In this document: piece after piece, positions 11,804-21,858 of the stretch
Layout of the letters: every line of letters starts with the position of its first letter
How positions within the stretch are numbered: position 1 is the stretch's first letter
Origin: Proteromonas lacertae
Lineage: Eukaryota
Assembly: GCA_002245135.1 (NCBI GenBank)
Contig: NGBS01000872.1
Coordinates: 1-64,000, forward strand
Direction: 5' to 3'
DNA length: 64,000 nt
Program-made: the position numbers and the translations under genes
The notes under the pieces: model-generated
Told to the model about the DNA's origin: nothing
Seen by the model: the letters and a program-made list of their open reading frames with translations, nothing else
Databases searched by the model: none

Positions 11804-12652
11804 TTATACAAAGTATTTTTCTATTTCTTCTCTTGTAGTTGATTTATACTTTTGGTTATAATCATAGTGAATAGAGAAGTTATAAGCTCTATTATTAGAA
11901 CACAAATCAGTTTTACCATTTAGAAATGATATTAATGTTAAAGAACTTTGATCTTGTCTATGATTTGATCTATCTGATCCAGGAGGAGCAATACAATCAT
12001 GTTGTAAAGCACATTTCTCCCATTCATACAATATTTTTTCTGCTAAACGAGAAGGATACATAAAAGCCACAGTTCCACCAGCACAACATGTTTTATTCAA
12101 CCATTTATCAGGAAAATTGAAATGTTTTAACATTAAAGGATGTGTATATTTCTTAATATCGTGACTAGTTCTTTGAGACCATACTTTGCTTTTCTTGATA
12201 TTTTCTATCATATATTTTATACTTCCAGTTATATTACATCCAGCATCAAGCCAAACAACAGGATGTTTGTATTTTTTATATACTTCATAAATTATTACTG
12301 GTTTCCATGCATATTCACCTGCAGCAACTGATATATTGAAATAGGATGGATAGTTATTGAAAAGAAAATTTTGTAATAGAAATAATGGATGATTGAGTTT
12401 ATATCTGTTAAGTAAATAAAGTGTATTTTGTGATAATCCTAGATTATATACAATCATCAGAAATCTGTTGTTATGTATATAAAATGTGTGTATCATGTTT
12501 AATAATAACAATTCGTGGTTTTCTGATCCTCCAGTTACAATTACATAATCATAATCCAATATTTCATTATTCTTTACAAACATATTATACATATATATAA
12601 TAAATATTATAAAAATACAGCTAATGAAAAACTTGGTTTTAAATCTAAACAT
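11804..12652 (-). CDS. DUF1647-like putative glycosyltransferase
   Basis: VYNLGL, YAWKPVII, WLDAG and CIAPPGS..NHRQDQS; TM. Confidence 0.78.
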   Translation of the reverse strand: MFRFKTKFFISCIFIIFIIYMYNMFVKNNEILDYDYVIVTGGSENHELLLLNMIHTFYIHNNRFLMIVYNLGLSQNTLYLLNRYKLNHPLFLLQNFLFNNYPSYFNISVAAGEYAWKPVIIYEVYKKYKHPVVWLDAGCNITGSIKYMIENIKKSKVWSQRTSHDIKKYTHPLMLKHFNFPDKWLNKTCCAGGTVAFMYPSRLAEKILYEWEKCALQHDCIAPPGSDRSNHRQDQSSLTLISFLNGKTDLCSNNRAYNFSIHYDYNQKYKSTTREEIEKYFV

Positions 12653-13563
12653 TAAAATAAATAATTTACATATTTAGAAACAACTGAAATGTAGTTTATT
12701 CCATATTCATTTGTTTTGAATAAAAAATGTATTAGTGGAACAATATTCTCCACCCAATAATGAATAGTATCATTAGGTAGATGTGGAAGATGTATATCTA
12801 TTATTTCATTCCAATTAGCAGACATATTCTTTTTCCATTCTTCATTATTATCTCCTCTGTCAAATCTTGTATTATCATATGATCTTTCATGAAAGTTTAT
12901 TTTATTTGGATAGAATTCTGATTTTCTTATTTTGTCTCTCATATATATTTCATCAATACAATATCCATATCTTATATAATCTGAATCTATTATCTCTTTT
13001 ACTAATTCATACTCATTTGTTTTGTTTAGCATATCAATTTTTAGTATATCCTCATACATTTGTTTTGTTCCACTAAAATAACACATAGGCCATCTTCTAC
13101 TTACATATCCATTCAATCCAAAGGATTTTATGGTGAAATTGGTATAAGAATAATCCTGAAAAAATGTATAGTTATATGGAAGCATATCAACATCAGAAAT
13201 GTACAATATACTATTCTCTTTTTTGATTTGCAACGAACTAAAAATTCTGCACAGTTTGGAGAAATATTCTAATGAGTAATTCTGAGGAACAATTATTTCT
13301 TTATATATAGCTTTTTGTACAGTTAATTTGTGGATTAACTCATTTGGCAATTTTTGATGTGATATAATGTATATAATCGATGTATATCCAAATTGTCTCC
13401 ACATTTTCACAAAAAGTGGAATGTAAAAGAGATATGTGCCAGATGCTGAAATTCCAACATATTTTTCAAAATTATTACTGTTATATATATTTATATAATT
13501 GTATAAGAATAAAAAGATGATGAATAATAAAACTAAGATAAAGTAGTTGTAAAGTCTTTTCAT
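12652..13563 (-). CDS. Uncharacterised GT-A-like type II membrane protein
   Basis: TM; ISDVDMLP DxD, WPMCY and RFDR; intronless 303 aa. Confidence 0.6.
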   Translation of the reverse strand: MKRLYNYFILVLLFIIFLFLYNYINIYNSNNFEKYVGISASGTYLFYIPLFVKMWRQFGYTSIIYIISHQKLPNELIHKLTVQKAIYKEIIVPQNYSLEYFSKLCRIFSSLQIKKENSILYISDVDMLPYNYTFFQDYSYTNFTIKSFGLNGYVSRRWPMCYFSGTKQMYEDILKIDMLNKTNEYELVKEIIDSDYIRYGYCIDEIYMRDKIRKSEFYPNKINFHERSYDNTRFDRGDNNEEWKKNMSANWNEIIDIHLPHLPNDTIHYWVENIVPLIHFLFKTNEYGINYISVVSKYVNYLF

Positions 13564-14610
13564 ATGTATGTTGTTCTTTTATTCTTTTTGTTATTTCTTG
13601 CTTCTATTATGAATTATTATTATATATATTCAAATAATAATGAATATAATAATATTAGGAAGAAAGTATATGAAATTTTACAATCAAACATTTATGATAG
13701 ATTGTTTCAAAATGTCAGTTTAATATACTTGGGAAATAGAGTAAATTACAAGAATAATATACTAAAATACGCATTTGTGAGTTTTATAACTGGTGAAGAT
13801 TATATTAAATTGATAAATGGAACTATATACTCAATACACCAATTTTCTAATTATCCTATAGTTTTATATGTTGCTGGTGTAATAACAAAGACTATGTATA
13901 AAGTATTTTCACATTACGATAGATTATTAGTTTATTCTATTCCGCCTGAAAGAACAACTCCTTATTTTATAAAATTAAGAGCTTCATTATTAGCTCCAGT
14001 TTTAGTAGGTCAAATAGTTGAAGCAGATACAATAGTATTGCCTGGTGCAGATTGTTTATTTAAAAGAATAGAAGAAGAAATTAATGAAAAATATCCTTTT
14101 CCAATGATGCCTAGACATCCTGATATAAGAGGAGTTGAAAAGGGAAATGGAACAACAAACATTCTTGATTATCCTATGAATAAAAGATCAATGAGATATA
14201 TGCATGCTCATATGTCTTGGACTTATCATGCTTTACCATTTATAGCATATGTGTATAACAAATCTTTCATATATGACTATGGAAATGACGAACATGCTTT
14301 AAATATCAATTTGTGGGAAAGAAAAGCAAATAAACAATGGTGTATTTATGATCCATATTATAGTGTAGTAGATATATCACATTCAAGTGATGTCTTCTAT
14401 AAAACAGATGATATGCTGACGATATATAATTTCATTCATGGATGTAAATCTTACATATATCAACAGAGAATAATATATAAACTAGCACCGCTTAAACAAA
14501 ATGAATATAAAATAATTTACTCTACAAACAAATCTATTCATTTTTCACAATCCTGTAAATTAGATAATTTAATTTTAAAAGAAATTTTTAAGGAAAATTG
14601 TTTAATCTAA
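13564..14610 (+). CDS. Uncharacterised GT-A-like type II membrane protein
   Basis: TM; SIHQFSNYPI, IVEADTI, NDEHALN and FIHGCK; intronless 348 aa. Confidence 0.55.
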   Translation: MYVVLLFFLLFLASIMNYYYIYSNNNEYNNIRKKVYEILQSNIYDRLFQNVSLIYLGNRVNYKNNILKYAFVSFITGEDYIKLINGTIYSIHQFSNYPIVLYVAGVITKTMYKVFSHYDRLLVYSIPPERTTPYFIKLRASLLAPVLVGQIVEADTIVLPGADCLFKRIEEEINEKYPFPMMPRHPDIRGVEKGNGTTNILDYPMNKRSMRYMHAHMSWTYHALPFIAYVYNKSFIYDYGNDEHALNINLWERKANKQWCIYDPYYSVVDISHSSDVFYKTDDMLTIYNFIHGCKSYIYQQRIIYKLAPLKQNEYKIIYSTNKSIHFSQSCKLDNLILKEIFKENCLI

Positions 14611-14615
14611 TTTCA

Positions 14616-15536
14616 TCATCTATATTGTATATATTTGCAATGTAAAAAATATATCTCATGAGGTTTTAATCTGTGAATCATAAAGATGTTATCAGCAGAA
14701 TCAATCACAATACTACCTTCTCCAATTATCTAATTATATTTTCTAACATCACACATACATACATTTGATATTTTTGATAATCTTCCTATAAATACATCTT
14801 CTGGTTTACTGTAACAGTTACTATTTATTTCAGAAGTACTTCCCTTCAATAAAGTATTTATAAGATTAAATGGTATTACATACCCCATTCCACTTGGAAA
14901 ATAACCAATAATATAGCCCCATATATGATTTTCTGCTGTTCTATTGTAAGTTAAATGCAACTCTCTCAACACATTAATGTTTAAGAAAGTATCTGTAACA
15001 TGTTTAATTAACTATTTGAAGTGAGTGTGAAGTTTTGAACTCCATAGTAGGATATTATAGGTTTGTAGTTCTAATGCATAATAAGACGATAAGAAATTGA
15101 ATTGAATAACATCTTTAGAATGTTTTATCTCTTATGTAATTCTGTTGTTTATTTTTGAGTTTTTACTCTTCCCTGTAATAAATATATATGATAAGAAATT
15201 ATATTCTTTATATATTTTTCTAAATACTTCTCTTTCATAAAACATATCTGGTTCTGAAATTATTGTAATTAAGTATTCACAATCTTTTATTGTAGGATAA
15301 TCTAGGTCATTATGGCTAAATTCATTTAATAATAACACATATGGATTTAATTTTCTATTCTTTAAGTACAATTCATCTGATTTTCTACTACAAGTAACTT
15401 TTGTTGTCTTATTAATACATCTAATTATTTTATTTGTTTCTTTATATAGTACATTATCAGTATATGATATAAGCGATTTATATATGCTAATCAAAGTAAT
15501 TAGTGTAAATACCACTATAACAAAATTAAAAATCAT
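14616..15536 (-). pseudogene. GT31-like pseudogene, paralog of 7445-8413
   Basis: One continuous frame with stops at 15132-34 (TAA), 15012-14 (TAG) and 14730-32 (TAG); KHVTDTF, FPSGMGYV, PEDVFIG and FMIHRL. Confidence 0.8.
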
Positions 15537-15614
15537 AGTATTAGTAGATCATTCATAAAATTGTATAATATAATACTATACAATATTTCAAGGAAATTAT
15601 TTTAAGAAAAACAA

Positions 15615-15890
15615 TATTTCTTTGAAAGAACTTTAATTGAAAAGGAATATAATCGAAGGAGGAGAAAAGAATTGTTAAGCTTTAGAGAATAATTCAATAC
15701 AAAGAAACAATTCTACATATGTTAGTTTCAATGAAAATGAAAAAATATGTATAATTTTGCATAATAATAAAAAATATAACTTCATATTATAACATTAAAC
15801 ATATCTATTTATTCTCATTAGATTTAGATGTTTCAGTTTCATATTGGATAATTGAATGGATAAACCCTAATAATAGAAACAATGAATAAA
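15615..15890 (+). pseudogene. 5'-truncated copy of FkbM pseudogene
   Basis: Mirror of ~7015-7290; lacks the part at 7291-7410. Confidence 0.65.
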
Positions 15891-15904
15891 AATTTCCATT
15901 CCCA

Positions 15905-17553
15905 TTAATAGAAGTGGTTTCCTATTCCATATTCTAATACATACTCATTAATACTTACTAATTTAGTTTTGAATATACCATTTCTTTCATTTATTCTTTC
16001 AAATACTTTGTTCTGAATATTTAAATTGTTTATTGTAGCACATCCTCCACTTTTTACTTTAATTGATAAACACCCTTTTAAATGTAAATTTTTAATATAA
16101 ACATTTCCTGTAATTACAAGTTTTGAATTGCTTTCAATAATTATATTTCCTTTTAAATGATCAATAATTCTGCTTGTTGCATTACTAATTAAAGGATCAA
16201 TATGAATAATACAATTTTCCCCTATTTTCCATCCTAATTTACATAACTTCTTGTAATTTCTAATGTATAAATTATTCTCTCCACTATCTGGTGTATAAAA
16301 ATCAGAATTATCAGATATTTCTTTCACTGGATTAAAAGCATATTCACACTTATATCTTTTGAATTTTTATCACTGAGTAGTAAATAATCCTGCAAAACTG
16401 TTTCAATTCTAAATGATTTAAAATCTTTCGATAATACATATTCTGGTAATGATTTATTTCTTTCATGTAGAGTATTATAATATTTATCTAATTCAAAACA
16501 TATTATATTAGTTACAGCTGGATATAATGATTCTGATTTATCACAAGAATTTATATCTTCTCCTAACAATTTTGGTAAAAGAGAATAATCTATTGCCCTT
16601 ACATTATAAAATCTACCATTTTCTTCACATGAACATAGAATTGATGCTTTCTCTCCTTTACATCTTTCTACAGTTAAATAATTTACATCTACTCCATTAT
16701 CTATTGTACTTCCAATTAATACTGGAATTGCTTCAAATGCTAATGAATTTGTGTCTTGAAAAATAACTAGATATTTAACACCTTTAGACTTCCATATATC
16801 TAACACTCCTTTCTACAATATAATTACATTTATACAGAGTATAACAGATTATGAATATCACCATGCCCATGTGGTTTACTTATTATTTTGCTATCTTCAT
16901 ATAACAAGTTGCAATCTTCATCACCAAATGATGGTACATTAATTTGCTGAATAATTATTACATCATTCTTATTTAAACCAAAATAATTGTTCTCTTCAAG
17001 ATAATGTTTAACTCTTTTATCAGTAGATTGCGAAGTCATTATACAAATATGAATTGATTGATTTGTACTAATTTGATATGATTTTATATATTTAAAATAT
17101 AGGTTGAGATAAGATAAACCACTTATTTGATCCACATTTAAAGCTAACTTTCAATATAATACATGAATTTATACTTTAATTGAATTAAAATTTAGTCTCT
17201 CACCTAATCCTCCTGCAACAAGCACAAATCCACATTCATTTATATTATTTATTCCAATTCTTTCATATTTTTTAAAAGATTCGTCTAAATAACTGATATT
17301 CATACTTTGAGAGAGTGATATATTATTAATTTTAATACAATTATCATTTTTATATTTATTCACTATAATTTTAGCTCTTCTTCTATATTCTATTATTCCT
17401 TCTTCTAATATATGATTGTAATACACAATCTCATTGCATATACTTTTTAATTCTAGAATAAATCAGGATAATACTTTTATTCTTTCTTGTATATTCGATT
17501 ATTCTTGTCTGTTTGCAGGATAAAAGTAAATAATATCCATAATAATATAACAT
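15905..17553 (-). CDS. USP: UDP-sugar pyrophosphorylase (right copy)
   Basis: Identical translations to 5352-7000. Confidence 0.85.
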
Positions 17554-17609
17554 AAAATCTGAAAATAACATATTAAATATCTAAAAACTAATAAACAAGC
17601 ATACTAACT

Positions 17610-18413
17610 TCAATATTTTACAGGATGATATAACATATTTTTGATAGAATTGTCTTTTAACAACATCTCTAATTCTTCTTTTGTATTAATTATTTTTCCA
17701 AAACCTTTATCTTTATCATAATCTCTTTTATCCATCTTTCTTATGCTCAATTTATAATATAATGCAGTTTCTAATATCATTTGTTCCACTTGAGCATGTC
17801 TTTTTAGTTCAAATTCTCTTCTTAATGCATTTCTCAACTTTTTTGATAGTCTGTGAACATGAGTAGCAATATAATATGATTCATTAGATCTGCTTTTTCT
17901 ATATTCTTCTGTTACACAATCATGCCAACCTTTTGTAAAATATGGAGGATCACTATAGATTAATAAATCTTCATCAAATTTATCATATTTTTTAAAGAAA
18001 TTATATATATTTCCTGTATAAACAACATCTTGATCAAATACCCATAAATATTTATAATTTAAATGATATATATCATCCCATAGTAAATAATGTTCAGAAT
18101 GTAATAGCCACATATAAAAAGTATCAGGTCTGTTTCTACAGAATCCACCCATTCTCTTTACTTCTGGATATTTTTCAATTACCAATTTTCTATCTACACA
18201 ATAAGTAACTATTCCATTACTGCTGTTACTAAATACATCTGTTAATATCACTACTTCATATTTACTTGGTAATTGATTTTTATATGTTTTTATTCTTTCA
18301 ATTTGATTTTTTGTAGGTGAAGAAACTCTAAATAATATAACTGATTTGCATTTTATGCATAAGGTAACAGCATATGATATAATAATAAGTAATACAAAAT
18401 AGTTTATCCACAT
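17610..18413 (-). CDS. Putative glycosyltransferase-like protein (right copy)
   Basis: Identical to 4492-5295. Confidence 0.55.
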   Translation of the reverse strand: MWINYFVLLIIISYAVTLCIKCKSVILFRVSSPTKNQIERIKTYKNQLPSKYEVVILTDVFSNSSNGIVTYCVDRKLVIEKYPEVKRMGGFCRNRPDTFYMWLLHSEHYLLWDDIYHLNYKYLWVFDQDVVYTGNIYNFFKKYDKFDEDLLIYSDPPYFTKGWHDCVTEEYRKSRSNESYYIATHVHRLSKKLRNALRREFELKRHAQVEQMILETALYYKLSIRKMDKRDYDKDKGFGKIINTKEELEMLLKDNSIKNMLYHPVKY

Positions 18414-18515
18414 AAAGAATTATAACAATTCAAATTTTTATATTATATAAAACACATAACACCTGAAATATTATCATTTTTCATTAATCTAAATAATTAA
18501 TTATGGGTGATTATT

Positions 18516-19382
18516 TTATTGAAATAATTCTTTTCTGCATGATAGTAGCTCTTTATACAAATCTAAATGATGTAACAATTGATAATCACTAACACTCCCT
18601 TCTTCATATGTCTCAATTCCATAACTCTTTGTGTAATTAAGGAAATCATTGTATATTGATAATGCCTTTCCTTGCACAGGATTATTTATTCCTCTTCTAT
18701 GAAATTCTGAATAAAGTATATCAAACTTTATTAACTGATTTGATTTGATTAAATCTGGAATAATGTAGTGTTCTTCTCCCTCTACATCAAATTTCATAAC
18801 ATTAAAATCATTTTGTGGTATATTTTCCAATATAAAATTCGTTATATTTATTACTGGAAGAGTATAATTTTTTCTTCTTGTAAAATAATCAGCATAATGA
18901 TTGATATTTGTAGAATAATACTTAGATGAAGCATCGTCAGATTTATCAATGCTCATTATGTCTGTTCCATCATATATACTAACTATAACTGGACAATATA
19001 TGTTAAACTTTACTAAATTTGTTCGTTTCTGTATATATTCTGTTACTTTATATATTTTATTGCATAGAAAAGGATTTGCTTCAAATATATATGTGTTAAA
19101 ATTTTTAGTAAAATTAACCAATACTTGTGGATATGGCACTATAGACTTTAAGTCTTTTATTTTTATATTGTAAAACCAGGCAACTGAATCTCCATTATTA
19201 GCTCCTAAATCTATATAATTCCCAGTATTCCATACTGTTTTACTGTATCTTTTTTCTCTATTTTTCAATTTGCATTGTCTTTGTTTCACTATTTTGTTAT
19301 AGTTTTTATGATATACATAAAAACACATTAAAAATGACAATAATAATATAAATAATGTGTTATTATGTTTTATTTCAAACAT
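18516..19382 (-). CDS. FkbM-family methyltransferase (right copy)
   Basis: Identical to 3524-4390. Confidence 0.8.
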   Translation of the reverse strand: MFEIKHNNTLFILLLSFLMCFYVYHKNYNKIVKQRQCKLKNREKRYSKTVWNTGNYIDLGANNGDSVAWFYNIKIKDLKSIVPYPQVLVNFTKNFNTYIFEANPFLCNKIYKVTEYIQKRTNLVKFNIYCPVIVSIYDGTDIMSIDKSDDASSKYYSTNINHYADYFTRRKNYTLPVINITNFILENIPQNDFNVMKFDVEGEEHYIIPDLIKSNQLIKFDILYSEFHRRGINNPVQGKALSIYNDFLNYTKSYGIETYEEGSVSDYQLLHHLDLYKELLSCRKELFQ

Positions 19383-19404
19383 ATTTTCTAAAACAAAAGT
19401 ACTG

Positions 19405-20417
19405 ATGAAATTATTAATATTTCTACTTGTTATAGTTATGTTTATATTACTATTCAATTGTAACTGTAATAATGGAATAAAAAGACTAATAAAAATGTTT
19501 AAAAGTAGAATCAACAGTGTGAGTGTATTTGTTGCTGGAGGACTAGGAAATAGATTAATGGCATTTGCAGGAATTGTTTCTTTATCAATATATTATGAAT
19601 CAAAACCAATACGTATTTATACAAAACATATAATATGTTAGTTATAAATTGGGATGAATTTGATCTATTTTATAGTGTACCTAATTATAATATAACTTCA
19701 AAAATATATAACAGTAGTAGATTATTCACTATATGTCCTTTTAAGTTTGAAATGATTAAAAATATAAGAGATATTAAAAATACTTCATATACATATATCT
19801 GGTGTGATTTATTAGTAGAAATGATGGACAATAATAAGTTTTCAAATAGAGTTGGATATTATTTCTCAATTAAAAAGAATTTAAACAAGATGAAAAAGAT
19901 TTTTACTATATATTATAATATATTTAACAAATTACTAATTGTCAATAAGTGTATAACCAATCATGTAAATTCTTTTCTTAAAACATATAAGTATATCTCA
20001 TACTTTGGAGTACAAATAAGAGTAGGGAATGAAGATCTTAAAGAATATAAAAGGTGTACTGATAATGATATAAACATGATGATTTATATAGCTAAAAGAT
20101 ATAATAAAATAAAGAAATGGTTTTTGACAGGAGATTCACAAAGACTTAAACTAAATCTAAGTAGAAGATATAAAGAATTTTTTCTTTATTCTACAGACAT
20201 AACCAAACATTTTGCATATAATTTAAATGATTCATCAATTGTTGTTGAACATGAAATTTTGACAAGGGCAAAAATGCAAATAATTTCAAAAAGTAGTTAT
20301 GGTTTAACAGCATCACTTAAATCAGGTTTATTAATCTCAAAAAGAAATTGGTGTTTTGAAGTAAAAAATGAAAAAGTATTTAATGTAAAATATGAGTTTA
20401 ATAATTTCTATGATTAA
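19405..20417 (+). CDS. Fucosyltransferase-like (GT11/GT23-like), intact copy
   Basis: GGLGNRL, GVQIR and SSYG; intron 19613-19641 joins the frames. Confidence 0.78.
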
Positions 20418-20518
20418 CTTTTTTTTAATAGTTTGTTTATTGATAATAATGTTAATACTTATATAAAAGAACCAAATACAACATATAACTACATAATAAA
20501 AAAAAGAAGAAAATAATC

Positions 20519-21796
20519 TCACTTGTATTGAGGGTGTAATTCAACAGTAATAATTTTATCACCTCTAATTAATTCAACTTTTATTACTTCACAATCTTTA
20601 AATTGCAAGAATTCAATCACTTCACCGCAATGATGAATAGGTTTATTATTAATCTTTAATATTATATCATCATTCTGTATTTCAGCTTTATATCCAGGAC
20701 TATTTGGATTGACATAAACCACTTTAACACATCTTGACAGATTATTATTCTTTTCTAATATCTTTCTGGTTTTTGGCTATAAATATGATTACAAATAATT
20801 AAAATTAATACATTTAAAGTATCCACTTTACTTGGAGCTATTTTCAAACCAATATAAGGTCTTATCACTTTATGATACTTTTTAAAATGAGTTAAAGTGT
20901 CCAATATTATATCAACAGGTATAGCAAATCCTAATCCTTCACCTACTTGATGATTTACTATAAATGTATTCATTCCAACTAATTCTCCATTCATATTTAC
21001 TAATGGACCACCTGAATTACCTGGATTAATAGCTGCATCAGTTTGTAAATATCTAGATGCTCCAACTTGACCTAATTGAATTAATTCATTGGGATATCTT
21101 GCTATATTGGATAATACACCAGCTGTTACTGTTAATGACAATGACAAAGGACAGCCTATTGCTAATACAAACTGACCAGCACGAATGTTATCATATTTAG
21201 CAAATTTAATTGGTTTTAATTCTTCTCTTGGTTCTATTTTTAATAATGATATATCATTAGCTGCATCATTGCAGATTAATTTTGCTTCATATTCTATCCC
21301 ACTGTTTGTTATAACGACTATTTTATTTTCTATGGTAAATCCAAAGAAACTAACTGTTTCACCACTTTCACCTGTTACATGGTTATTTGTTACTATGTAA
21401 CCGTCATTTGATACTATAAATCCACTACCAAAACCTCCTCCTGAAAATCCAGTTATTGCAACAGTAACTACTGATGGTAAGACTTTTTCAGTTGCATCTA
21501 TTCAAGTACTACATATAATATTTTCATACCAGCAAGAAAATCTGGATTTAAACCAATTACAGCAGCATTTACTTTATTATTGTTCTTCTGATAGAAGTAA
21601 TATCCTGCTCCAACACCAATAGATAATCCTAAAATTTTTATCACTGAAGGTATCTCATAACTCTCTATTACAGAAGAATATGTAGAATTATCATACTCTT
21701 AGCTATTATAGGTGTCATTCTAGAGGTTGTATGAATACATTTTGAAACTAATGGTCTTGCTTTCAAGACACTTCTTCTTAGTGAATTAAACATCAT
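20519..21796 (-). CDS. HtrA/DegP serine protease with PDZ, intact copy; possible mitochondrial presequence
   Basis: Catalytic motifs TNNHV, DISLLK and GNSGGP; Arg/Ser-rich N-terminus and TM as in HtrA2-type proteins. Confidence 0.88.
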
Positions 21797-21858
21797 TTTT
21801 GTATATCTGGTTTATGAAAAGATTATTTTGAATAACCATCAAATTTTGTTTCTTTTTT

